A stretch of DNA of 64,000 bases, from the NCBI GenBank assembly GCA_032128875.1, contig JAVLKG010000003.1:193008-257007 (forward strand), given 5' to 3'. Below the pieces are notes generated by a model. The model did not search any database. It was not told the origin of the DNA and was given only the letters and a program-made list of their open reading frames with translations. This DNA is from Candidatus Melainabacteria bacterium 17Bon1m (lineage in GTDB: Bacteria; Cyanobacteriota; Vampirovibrionia; Obscuribacterales; Obscuribacteraceae). Position numbers and translations under genes: made by a program. Positions 48,401-56,854 of this stretch are shown here, piece by piece (positions within the stretch are counted from its first letter, which is position 1; each line of letters starts with the position of its first letter).

Positions 48401-49861
48401 GATAGCCGCTATGTGGCAGATTGTATGCTGATTTTGAGTGAAGCATATGAAGCCTCCGGACAGCTTGGTCCAGCGATTACTTCTTTCCACCAGCACGCGT
48501 TGATGGTGGAAAAACGCGTCGGTGTCAAAGATTACGAGAGTATCGGCAATTGGTACAGGTTGGCGGTCTTGCTCGAGAAGGCGGGCGAAAAAGATGATGC
48601 ACGCACCATGTACGAGCATGCGCTCGCACTTGCTGTACAACATCTTGATCAAGATGATGAGCTGACTGCGAGCATTAAGTCATCGTACGAAGAGTTTCTC
48701 ACCAATCCCGATAAAGCGACGAGAAAACCTGCGCCTGCGACTGAGTACTCTAAAGAGGAGGTTCTTGCGCAGAATAAAGAACTCCGCACATCTGCGCTCC
48801 AGCAACAAGAAAAACCTCGTAACAACGGTGTGGTCATATGGAGCACCGTATCAGTCATTGTTCTAATCGCAGCTGGGTTCTGGTTCTTTACCCTGATGGG
48901 CAGCATGAACAAATCAATAGGCAATATTGATTCTGTTTCAACCGGCACCATCCCTGAGCAAGTCTTCGCAAATACCGATGGCGACGGGCTCTTGCGCTTC
49001 ACTGGTACCGACAATTTAGAAGTCACCATCGACGGCAAATTGCGTCAGGTCAAATACATCGTTTTGAAAAACGATCTTAGCGACCTGGCGACAATGTTTG
49101 TCAATGCCGGCGCGAAGCAGACCGTCTGGATTCGCAAAGCGGCAGACGGGATGCTGGTTAACGACAACACCATGTTCTTCCAAAAGGACGCTCCTGAGCT
49201 TGCAATGGCTAACGAGATGCGTCGCATCGGTCAGCGCGTCGAAGAATACTATCAACTCAATCGATCGTATCCACGCTATCGCCAAGATTGGTCGGAAGAT
49301 CCAGCCTTCGGTTTCATCAATCCTACAACTCACAAAGGGGAAGCTTCCCTTTTTCATGTCTTTCCGAAATCAGCAACACAAGCGGCATTGTTTGGTGGTT
49401 CCAAAACACCTGATGAAATTGCCAGTTACCTCGAGAGTGGCGAAACCTGGGTTGGAGAGCCCGAGTTAAAACCGTGTTCGATCAGTGTTGCTGTTAAGCA
49501 TTCGGGCGAAAAAGCCAACAACAAGCCGATCGTGCAAGAGTTTTTCATGCACGCCACCGACCAAAACAATAAATACCTGCCTGCTTCAAAGCCAAAGACC
49601 GTGAGCGTAGTGCTTTTGATTCAAGGCCGAAATATCGGCAACTTCGACTTGCATCCTCAGGACTTTAGCAAGTTAGAGCTCCAGCCAATGCCTGATGGCA
49701 TTGCTTACGTCAATATGAGCGAGACGCCGCTGTTTGGTACTGACGTGCTTAAATCGGTCGTTCCAGTTACCTTCATCAGCCTCGCTGCAATATTCTTCTT
49801 TGGTCTTCTAATTACCGTTGCCACCCTTAGAAGCAACAAAAAGGGTACGAAGAAAAAGTAG
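45491..49861 (+). CDS. Large membrane protein: TPR, long low-complexity linker, TPR, TM, extracytoplasmic domain, TM
   Basis: 1456-aa ORF; Q/P/G-rich repeats, two TPR-like blocks, two hydrophobic helices. Confidence 0.8.
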   Translation: MTDSGHMQDSGAGGGGDVVRLITQARASMKARDYEAAKAGFKNIYDFLSRRGLGEGLEAMECLADLGASHMALKEYDSALSEYARLASIMERNLGEANAELRQHLRRYAQACDVAGKVNEAKQLYSRANDLERRYGAVPARSNAGSLTGRSQSGAQSALSQEAASGGGSTFAEAIQDAVARSMAKLDNRAKPFDPATSQPPKQAPLGPRPFVSSPLPPSPFQNLVSEVTKPRDAGGAGHSGGGVPGQSQGQTPLQPQGQMQQQGQMQPQGQMQPQGQSQSEAQGQAQGQGQTSPQPQGQNAAQPLMPQGFTGSPAMPQDVAIPAFKVPRELSDSQFIYRPKGNAGRQTGDQSSTSTGGHSATSTGGQSATSTGGHSGTSTGGSQSGLGPTSSGGMRVSGGQPVAPKPQAKADPEAVQRAIAEHTAAKHAAAQQAEQQAASEFSSGWAESARNNFPQQAEEQASSIVQESEVPWADTQDATAAPGVGQSGTHWRAPRQPGTTSGDMSSISQDRPIIEEGNFEPISGARPNNHQSVEESLDKVFGQNAGPEQERGSSIYADQQSAHQVGPGSVSGEAGNSPVRRTNPSLNSSKLRQMQNRGTTPEPRPGLREDVEETTSAESFNTLAPLGYDPADYDPSVPTHPWAAPGQAPPPSSDESRRPGAKRATAEWQVDPVDDIPESSVDIADPHLPTEAHPDSDSSKAMAQWGVTISDQPEEHYPPIRQDDRRQGLQPVEEATPAGVPKPFDRRQKPKSMKNLRSRFGQIDPATEVDDAEFAESEVMNPHSATGQPLVSPVGPYEEDSPLGEPRSLPPQTPPRRLADNSISNMTPPELPPDQMLTQLPPEMPPPPPPSMKGRGPRGLLESSGSFAEASRQSEFEPQVQQDQTPSFDEGAPDDNRPSSMFSRLVSKRQHDTSLQNANPSFASDELQVPPRIRSMVDAARANISDGKHADAARLMQKVVNDLAEGGLKDSRYVADCMLILSEAYEASGQLGPAITSFHQHALMVEKRVGVKDYESIGNWYRLAVLLEKAGEKDDARTMYEHALALAVQHLDQDDELTASIKSSYEEFLTNPDKATRKPAPATEYSKEEVLAQNKELRTSALQQQEKPRNNGVVIWSTVSVIVLIAAGFWFFTLMGSMNKSIGNIDSVSTGTIPEQVFANTDGDGLLRFTGTDNLEVTIDGKLRQVKYIVLKNDLSDLATMFVNAGAKQTVWIRKAADGMLVNDNTMFFQKDAPELAMANEMRRIGQRVEEYYQLNRSYPRYRQDWSEDPAFGFINPTTHKGEASLFHVFPKSATQAALFGGSKTPDEIASYLESGETWVGEPELKPCSISVAVKHSGEKANNKPIVQEFFMHATDQNNKYLPASKPKTVSVVLLIQGRNIGNFDLHPQDFSKLELQPMPDGIAYVNMSETPLFGTDVLKSVVPVTFISLAAIFFFGLLITVATLRSNKKGTKKK
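46250..46640 (+). repeat. Coding tandem repeats (18-bp QPQGQM and 24-bp STGG(H/Q)S(A/G)T units)
   Basis: Directly visible in DNA and translation. Confidence 0.8.
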
Positions 49862-49927
49862 CGCGGACGCGGGTATAGTAAACAAAGGAGCGCGAGAAGG
49901 CTTTTCTTGCAGTGTCGGACGGGCTAA

Positions 49928-50608
49928 ATGGCAAAAATTGTCGTTGTAGAAGATGACAAAGACCTGGTCAACCTGATCAAGGGTATCCTTTCGGTCGAAA
50001 GGCATACGATTGACAGCGTGCACGACGGACACGAAGCGCTGGCGATTATTCAAATGCATCCTTATGACTTGGTCATCCTCGATTGGATGTTGCCGGGCAG
50101 AACAGGCACTGAGATTTGCAAAGACTACCGTGCCCGTGGTGGTGCTGCGCCTATTTTGATGCTGACTGCCAAGTCTACGATTGACGATCGTGCCGAAGGG
50201 CTTGATTCAGGCGCAGACGACTATTTGACGAAACCTTTTCACCCCAAAGAGTTCACCGCGCGGGTGCGGGCACTGCTGAGGCGCCCTCAAGCCGTGATGG
50301 CAAAAACAATGAAAGCCGCCGATATTGAACTTGATCCCAGTCAGATCAAAGTTTTCAAAGCGAATAAAGAGATTCATTTGCTGCCGAAAGAGTTCGCGCT
50401 GTTGGAGTTGTTTCTCCGTTATCCTACCCAAGTTTTTTCTGCTGAGGCACTTCTCGACCGCGTTTGGAATACGGATTCTTCCGCTTCGCTCGATACTGTA
50501 CGCACCTACATTAAGACGCTACGCAAGAAGATTGACACGAATCCAAAGGACTCTTTGATTCGCACCGTCCATGGTGTCGGATACAGTCTAAGCAATAAAA
50601 GCGAATAG
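49928..50608 (+). CDS. OmpR-family response regulator (no adjacent kinase)
   Basis: VEDD, LDWMLPG, GADDYLTKPF, TVHGVGY. Confidence 0.95.
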   Translation: MAKIVVVEDDKDLVNLIKGILSVERHTIDSVHDGHEALAIIQMHPYDLVILDWMLPGRTGTEICKDYRARGGAAPILMLTAKSTIDDRAEGLDSGADDYLTKPFHPKEFTARVRALLRRPQAVMAKTMKAADIELDPSQIKVFKANKEIHLLPKEFALLELFLRYPTQVFSAEALLDRVWNTDSSASLDTVRTYIKTLRKKIDTNPKDSLIRTVHGVGYSLSNKSE

Positions 50609-50845
50609 TAGTTCTGTTTGCTTGTATTAGTAGCGCATTGTCTGCATCTTGTTCTTTGGGAAACATTTTGTAGCGCCTCGCAAACGCTCAAATGTTAGAA
50701 GGCATTTTGCAAACATCGGGGACCCGAATGAGAGCGTAGATGAGAGTTTTGGTTAACGGTCTGGGAAAAACCCCACTGACCAGCTAGGCATATATGGTTT
50801 TTCCTATATGATCTCATCTGTACGTCAATCGGATTGCGCTTATCA

Positions 50846-51712
50846 ATGAGTACACTCGGACACAGCGGTCAAAGTGGCCACGGTGGACATGGCGGACAGG
50901 GTGGACACGGCGGTCAATCAGGACCCGGTCAACACGGCAACCATGGACACGGGCATCACGGACACTCCGGCGGAAACGCCATGGGTGGCGGCGGGCAGCA
51001 GCAAACGTGGGCGTCTATCTTTAACGAAACTCGCTTCTCCGGCGATGGGTTTCGGTCACCGCTGTTTGGGCTCATCGCGTATGGCATGGTTTTTCTATCG
51101 ATTGTCTTAGTGATTTGCTTAGCTGACAACAATCTTCTCGATTTTGCGGTGAGCCAGCATCGTGAGTCGCAGCAGAAGCACGCGCGCGAACTCGCTGAGG
51201 CAGAGACGAAAGCTGAGGAAGAAGCCCTTGCAAAAGCGGGTGCGACGCAACAGCAAGGTGATGCTCAATCAGCAGCACAAGAGGGTTTTGCTCAGCAAAC
51301 TGCCGCGCCTCAGGACAATGGACAACAAAATCTCTTGCCGCCATCGCAGCAACAAAATGTCGCGCAACCGGACGTGTCGCAGCAGCCATCGCAACCTGGC
51401 TACCTGCAGCAAAGCCTTATGCAGCAAATGCAACCTGGTTATTCTCAGCAAGGTTATGCACCGCAAGCATATGCAGCTCCGAATCAATATCAACAGGCGG
51501 CCGCGCCAGGATTTCCGCAAGGTGGTTTCCAGCAAGGCTTTAGTGGAGCAATGCAACAACCAGGATTTGCTCCAGCGCAAAACGGTGGTGCTGGCTATCC
51601 ACAGCGAACCGGCGCATATCAACACTCAGGCGCGTATTATCAGGGCGGATACAAGACTGGTCCTGACGGTACAACGCAAGTGCCGATGAATCGCATGGTT
51701 GTGAACCGCTAA
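50846..51712 (+). CDS. Single-pass membrane protein with His/Gly-rich N-terminus and Gln/Pro-rich tail
   Basis: GHGGHGGQGGHG...HGNHGHGHHGH, one TM, Q/P/G/Y-rich C-terminus. Confidence 0.75.
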   Translation: MSTLGHSGQSGHGGHGGQGGHGGQSGPGQHGNHGHGHHGHSGGNAMGGGGQQQTWASIFNETRFSGDGFRSPLFGLIAYGMVFLSIVLVICLADNNLLDFAVSQHRESQQKHARELAEAETKAEEEALAKAGATQQQGDAQSAAQEGFAQQTAAPQDNGQQNLLPPSQQQNVAQPDVSQQPSQPGYLQQSLMQQMQPGYSQQGYAPQAYAAPNQYQQAAAPGFPQGGFQQGFSGAMQQPGFAPAQNGGAGYPQRTGAYQHSGAYYQGGYKTGPDGTTQVPMNRMVVNR

Positions 51713-51745
51713 ACTGCGATCGAATGTTTTGGATTGAGTTAAAAA

Positions 51746-52807
51746 TCACACTTCACTGACACGCTCGAAAATGCGTTCTGTGATGCGGCTCTTCTCGCCA
51801 CGCGAGATTTGTTTGAAGTAATCTGTGAGAAAACTGGTATAGCTTGGTCGAAGCAAATAGCGTTGCCGATACTCGTCGTCGCTTTGCAAAAGCTTGTGAA
51901 GCTGCGGCAAATAGTAGTGCGGCACAGACGGGAAGAAATGATGCTCTGCGTGAAAGTGAAACTCAAGACCAGTGAAGAAGAGTCTATCTATAAATGATGG
52001 CAGCGGAACGCTAATCAATCTTCCCTCGGAGAGAACTGCATCATCAGTGGCTAAGCGCGCGTGATCGATAAATCCACGGATGTAACCTAGCAGTGTTCCG
52101 AGTGTGAAAATCGGCACAAGCCATAATGCGAAATAAGCCCACCAAAATCCGGTGACTAACCAGAAAAGGGCAAAGACACTTGCTTGCACTGGGATTAGGT
52201 TCAATATTTCCGGATAAGAACGACGCGGCATAACGACAAGCGCGGAAGTGTTTCTGCTCGAATGAATGTTGTTTTCTTCCGATTGCTTATTGTTTTTCTC
52301 GCGCAAAAAGCCGTTGACGATTATTGAAGTCCAGAGCTGACCACCAAGAACGAGCTTTGCTAAGTAAAGCGCAAATTGTGCCGGATCGCTTTTATCTTGT
52401 TCGTTATGAAAATGCCGGTCTGGATCGGCTGTAGTGTTCAGATACTTGTGATGTGCAAGATGCACAGCCCGAGACGATCCCCAGATGGAGCCAACAGGAT
52501 ACGCGCATAACCATGAGCCGACGAAGTCATTCGCCCGCTTGTTTTTTAGGAGTGCAGAATGCTGCGATTCGTGCGAGAGATTGACCAGGACGCCCATGCC
52601 GCTGGTGATTATGTAGACAGAAAGTAAGTATATAGCTGGATTTGGAAACAGTTTGAACAACATCAAACCGCATGCAATGCGAAGATAACCGTTGAAGATC
52701 AAATCAAAAATAGTGCGGTGTGCTTTTGGTTTTGCAGACTTCAGAAACTCATTGATGCTGCCGGAAATTGGCTCGGCTGGCAGATTTGAGTTGACTATCG
52801 ATTCCAT
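51746..52807 (-). CDS. Membrane fatty acid desaturase family protein
   Basis: Three His boxes HESQH, HLAHH, HAEHH. Confidence 0.9.
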   Translation of the reverse strand: MESIVNSNLPAEPISGSINEFLKSAKPKAHRTIFDLIFNGYLRIACGLMLFKLFPNPAIYLLSVYIITSGMGVLVNLSHESQHSALLKNKRANDFVGSWLCAYPVGSIWGSSRAVHLAHHKYLNTTADPDRHFHNEQDKSDPAQFALYLAKLVLGGQLWTSIIVNGFLREKNNKQSEENNIHSSRNTSALVVMPRRSYPEILNLIPVQASVFALFWLVTGFWWAYFALWLVPIFTLGTLLGYIRGFIDHARLATDDAVLSEGRLISVPLPSFIDRLFFTGLEFHFHAEHHFFPSVPHYYLPQLHKLLQSDDEYRQRYLLRPSYTSFLTDYFKQISRGEKSRITERIFERVSEV

Positions 52808-52921
52808 GTCTTGTTTTGGCTCATAAACAAAAGAGCGTTGGAGCTCCTATCTATTCTAGATGCCAAAACTATTATTGGCGAAAATCGGAGAGCCTAATCG
52901 CTCGACTTTCGCCTGTTTTGT

Positions 52922-52946
52922 GTAGGAGCGATGCCTTGCATCGTCC
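52922..52946. repeat. Degenerate GTAG-type REP
   Basis: gtaggagcgatgccttgcatcgtcc. Confidence 0.55.
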
Positions 52947-53026
52947 GGCGGATGCTATCTATCCCCCGGTCTAATGCCATGCATCATCCAGCGGATTCAG
53001 TACTAATTTGGAAACGTTGTGAATGC

Positions 53027-53196
53027 GAGGGATTTGGACAGCGGTGGTGCACCGAGAAACTGCTTGATGTATAACCGTCGAAAAACATCCGGGCCAAGGC
53101 AGGAGGAGTAGAGCTTTTAACTCCCGGACACTTACTAAGGCTCGACACTGCATGCCCGGTTTCCCAGGCAAATGGTAGCTCCCGGCGCAACCTCCG
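53027..53196 (+). ncRNA. ssrS: Probable 6S RNA (cyanobacterial type)
   Basis: Nested pairings gagg/cctc, accg/cggt, gtcga/tcgac, tccggg/cccgga form a long irregular hairpin with a central bubble; ACCGAGAAACTGCT and CACTGC..CCCGGT resemble cyanobacterial 6S as I recall it, not confirmed by search; ends approximate. Confidence 0.68.
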
Positions 53197-53322
53197 TCTG
53201 CTGACCACGTTCCAAATACTACGGATTTGGAGGTTGTAAAGATATGGGGTTTCGCCTAGGTTTTTAAACTCAAAGGCCTAGATGCGCGCTATCATCTGCT
53301 ACGTTTTGACCGGAAAGAAATA

Positions 53323-53928
53323 CTAGTTGTCGACGCCGAGCACTTGCGTGAAGAAGATTTGGCGGAAGATTTTCATTGGCTTCGTGTCGCGCAAAACCTT
53401 CGAGCGCATGACTGCACCTTCGAAGGAGCACAAGAAGAACTCAGCGGCTTCAGATGTTTTGACCGACTTCGGAATTTCTCCTGCAGCCTTTGCTTCATTG
53501 AGCACAGCGGTGAACGTGGCTGCGCGCCTCTGCATGATTTCCTTCAGGCGCATGCGAAAGACTTCATTTTGGTCCGCCATCTCCTGGCTGAGATTGGCGA
53601 TGAGGCATCCGCGACTGCATTGACGCTTTTCTGCTTTCTCTATGGCACCATCTATATAGTTTTTGATGCGCTTGAGCGGCGTGACCTTGGGGTCGGTGAG
53701 TGCTTTGTCCAGCTCTTGAACATAGTGTTCGTCGAAGGTGTTAATGACAGAGAGACCGAAGTCTTCCTTGCTGGAAAAGTAATGGTAAAAGGAACCCTTT
53801 GGCACATTGCACGCGGTCAGCACTTCGTTAATGCCCGTGGCGTTGTAGCCCTTTTCGAGCATGACGTCGATGCCTGTCTCGATGAGAAGGCACTTGGTAT
53901 TTTGCTTGGTTGATACTTTTGGAGACAT
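53323..53928 (-). CDS. TetR-family regulator, NemR/AcuR-like
   Basis: GYNATGINEVL...VPKGSFYHYFSSKEDFG, GCLIANLSQEM. Confidence 0.93.
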   Translation of the reverse strand: MSPKVSTKQNTKCLLIETGIDVMLEKGYNATGINEVLTACNVPKGSFYHYFSSKEDFGLSVINTFDEHYVQELDKALTDPKVTPLKRIKNYIDGAIEKAEKRQCSRGCLIANLSQEMADQNEVFRMRLKEIMQRRAATFTAVLNEAKAAGEIPKSVKTSEAAEFFLCSFEGAVMRSKVLRDTKPMKIFRQIFFTQVLGVDN

Positions 53929-53939
53929 GATGGATATAT

Positions 53940-53955
53940 TAGACCAGTCGGTCTA
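53940..53955. promoter_or_regulatory. TetR operator inside the tetR promoter
   Basis: TAGACC-agtc-GGTCTA (NemR-type box) between minus-strand TTGACA and TAATAT. Confidence 0.88.
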
Positions 53956-54039
53956 AATATGTCAATACTTCCTAAGGCTGAGTGGCGGTAGTTTTACGAG
54001 CTTTTTGCACAAGCGTGTAACGCGAGCCAAAAGATCTTG

Positions 54040-54095
54040 TTGACAGGTGGTAGACGACCGGTCTATTATCGGGTGGTTGGTAGACGACTGGTCTA
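54040..54095 (+). promoter_or_regulatory. Sigma70 promoter with two TetR operators
   Basis: TTGACA 54040-45, TATTAT 54064-69; tagacgaccggtcta 54051-65 and tagacgactggtcta 54081-95. Confidence 0.88.
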
Positions 54096-54133
54096 ATACA
54101 AATTCAAAATCCTAACGGAAAAGGAGGTACGAA

Positions 54134-54307
54134 ATGAATTGCTTTAGTTTTCCAATGGCAATGCAGACGCAACCCGGTTACAACCCGAATGAAGACGGCA
54201 GCTTCGAGGGCAACTTGATAGGCGAAGTGGTCGTACTTCTCTTGGAGGCGCTGGCATCTTTCAAGGCTGAGCTGAGAGCGCGACTCATTGATTGGGTCAA
54301 TTCGTAA
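54134..54307 (+). CDS. Unannotated 57-aa protein
   Basis: AAGGAGGT SD; MNCFSFPMAMQTQPGYNPNEDGSFEGNLIGEVVVLLLEALASFKAELRARLIDWVNS; below the ORF track cutoff. Confidence 0.75.
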   Translation: MNCFSFPMAMQTQPGYNPNEDGSFEGNLIGEVVVLLLEALASFKAELRARLIDWVNS

Positions 54308-54314
54308 TTCAGAT

Positions 54315-54368
54315 GTAGGTGAGCCGCATGCGGCTCCCTTACCAGGATGGCGCCTGCGCCACCCCTAC
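54315..54368. repeat. GTAG-type REP doublet
   Basis: gtaggtgagccgcatgcggctcccttac ... gccacccctac. Confidence 0.8.
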
Positions 54369-54418
54369 GAAATCGTTAAGCTCGAGGCACGAGCCGGCGA
54401 GCCGCCGGCGCTCCCAGG

Positions 54419-56845
54419 TTAGACGGCACCCAGGGGGACTTGTGAAAGCAGGTCCTCTTTCATTTTGTCTGCGTTAGCGTAGCGCTTTTCCGTGTCGAGT
54501 TGGGTTGCGCGGAATATGATTTCGTCCAGGCTATTTGATACCGTGAGACTCTTTTCCCGTGGGCGCGATGCGGAAATTGGCTCCGGATCTTCACCTATCA
54601 AAGCGAAATAGAGCGAAGCCCCCAGCGCGTAGATGTCGCTCTGCGGCGATGCCTTTCCACGGAATTGCTCGGGCGGAATGTATGAGTGCTTGCCGACCAC
54701 AGTCCGCGTAGCCGTTGATTCCGACTGTCTTGCAACGTTGAAGTCGATCAACTTGGGGGTTCCATCCTCTGCGATTATGATGTTTTCCGGCGTAAAGTCG
54801 CGGTGGATGACGGGCGGTGACATCGAGTGCAAGTGGGAAAGAATGCCCAGCAGTTGTACCGCCAAATCCATTGTTTCCAGATCTGAAAGTGGACCGTTTT
54901 CGTTGACCAGTGTGCGAAGCGAATTTCCTTGCACGTGTTCTAGGACGAGGTAAAACCGATGGTCTTCAATAAAGTTGTCCTTGAGTTTGACTACGTATGG
55001 ATGGTCTATGCTTTGCAGCAACTCGCATTCGCGATGCACTGAATCAAGTGCCTTAGCCTGCGCGATTTGTCCGGCGTGCGACGGAATGATGAATTCCTTG
55101 AGCACGACAAGCTCAGCGTTATCGACTCCGCCTTCGATGCAAGCTGCCTGATACGCGATACCCTGACCGCCGGCACCGATCTGTTTCACCACCTTGTACC
55201 TCCCATCGCCAATGAGGTCGCCAGGTTCAAGCGGTTCTGTTCTGACGCGCTCTTTTGTCAGCGAGCTGAGCCACAGCGATGTGAAATTGTTCTCCACCGG
55301 CGGGTGCAGTCGGTCGATCATTATTGGGTCGATTCGCTCTTGGGGTACGAAGCGCAGGAGAGCCTCGTGAAACATTTTGGTTTGCGCACCATAGAGCAGT
55401 CCGCTTTCAATCAATGTGATACGCACATGATTGCTTGTCGAGAAAAACGGTTGGAAGAAGGAGAAGTAAAACAGTCTTTGCGAGCGTGGCATGGAATCAG
55501 GCTGGAGATGGAAATTGATTAGTTCGTTGACTGCCCAGCTCTTCGCTGGTTTTGAAAAACTCACGAATGAAATGCTGTTCCATGGAATTCCAGGCGAAGA
55601 AAATTTCACCCAACCTCGCTGCCAATTTAGGCGCATGCCCTCTTGCGACAGTGCGATTGTGGAAGGACTTGTAAAACTGAAGAGCAGCAGTAAGAGTGGA
55701 ATACCCGTTATAACGCACACCATCAGCGGAATGTAGGCTTGCAGCTCTAGCATTTGCAGCATTACGCCGAGGAGTATCAATGGCAGTGAAATGAAAAAGA
55801 AAGTGAGTGGACCGCTGCGTTCAACGGTTTCGAGCATTGGGCGCAACATACGCAGTGGCTTGTAGTGAAGAACTACTTCATCGCCATCTGCGCCTGAAAA
55901 GTGAACTTGATGGTCCAACACTTCTCCGGGTTTGAGTCCGAGCGTGTTGCGCACTTTTTCTTTCATGATGGAACGCGGCAGAAGGCGAGCCATTTTCGGA
56001 ATATATTCGCTCAGCTCGGCGATATTAGTCGGGTTTTCGAAGTCGAGAGAATTCCGGCTCACCTGCATTCGTTCTTGTTCGGTCAACATCGAACATGCAA
56101 TATCGAAAGCGTTTCGTTTTTCAACTGAAAGTGGAAAACGTGGGTCAAGAGCACGCAATACATCCGCATGAACGGAGCCGGCTGGAAGATTCTCGTGCAG
56201 CGACTTGGCGAAAAACTCGCGGTCTGCTTGGTGAGTGATGCCGGAGACAAGTACGCGCAATTGAAAATCTGCATTGCGCAAACGCTCTCTCCAAATGCTT
56301 TGCGTCAGAAATTTATATGAATATTCAAAGGGCGAAGTCTTCGGGAGTTTTTTGACCGTTAAGAGAATCGATTCGTTGATTTTGTCATCTGAGTCTTCAT
56401 CAATCTCAGCTTTGGATATCGTCGTCCACGGAATCATTGGTGAGGCTAGTTGGAAAAGAAAATTACTCCAGCCAAGAGACATGCCATTTTGCATTACCCT
56501 GATTTGATCAGGTAGCAAACAATCCATAGCCGTATGGTGAAGCCAGGCGCAAAAGAGCGAAGTCAAAACCATCAAGACTTGGTAGCTGTTCACGTCGTAC
56601 CACATCTTTGCCATCAACAGATAAATGGCGATGTACGTCATCACACCGATTATGAGCGATGACGCTCGCGGCACAAGCGTTGGACGCGCTCTATAGTCGA
56701 GTGTCACTAAGTCGGAAACTTCCTCATCGGTGCGCGTTGTATCGACCTCGGCAAAAGAATTGTCTTTGTCGTCGTATCCGGCACCGTTAAGCATGTATGT
56801 CGACATATCAATCGTCTCCAATTTCACTCCATAGGGGCGGGGCAT
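54419..56845 (-). CDS. Membrane Ser/Thr protein kinase with C-terminal kinase domain
   Basis: GAGGQG, VLKE, HRDFTPEN, DFN, YIPPEQ, SDIYALG; two N-terminal TM-pair modules. Confidence 0.92.
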   Translation of the reverse strand: MPRPYGVKLETIDMSTYMLNGAGYDDKDNSFAEVDTTRTDEEVSDLVTLDYRARPTLVPRASSLIIGVMTYIAIYLLMAKMWYDVNSYQVLMVLTSLFCAWLHHTAMDCLLPDQIRVMQNGMSLGWSNFLFQLASPMIPWTTISKAEIDEDSDDKINESILLTVKKLPKTSPFEYSYKFLTQSIWRERLRNADFQLRVLVSGITHQADREFFAKSLHENLPAGSVHADVLRALDPRFPLSVEKRNAFDIACSMLTEQERMQVSRNSLDFENPTNIAELSEYIPKMARLLPRSIMKEKVRNTLGLKPGEVLDHQVHFSGADGDEVVLHYKPLRMLRPMLETVERSGPLTFFFISLPLILLGVMLQMLELQAYIPLMVCVITGIPLLLLLFSFTSPSTIALSQEGMRLNWQRGWVKFSSPGIPWNSISFVSFSKPAKSWAVNELINFHLQPDSMPRSQRLFYFSFFQPFFSTSNHVRITLIESGLLYGAQTKMFHEALLRFVPQERIDPIMIDRLHPPVENNFTSLWLSSLTKERVRTEPLEPGDLIGDGRYKVVKQIGAGGQGIAYQAACIEGGVDNAELVVLKEFIIPSHAGQIAQAKALDSVHRECELLQSIDHPYVVKLKDNFIEDHRFYLVLEHVQGNSLRTLVNENGPLSDLETMDLAVQLLGILSHLHSMSPPVIHRDFTPENIIIAEDGTPKLIDFNVARQSESTATRTVVGKHSYIPPEQFRGKASPQSDIYALGASLYFALIGEDPEPISASRPREKSLTVSNSLDEIIFRATQLDTEKRYANADKMKEDLLSQVPLGAV

Positions 56846-56854
56846 GCGTCGTCC

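Noticed and set aside
52971-53208. Two short minus-strand ORFs
   Set aside because: Better explained as antisense to the 6S-like RNA
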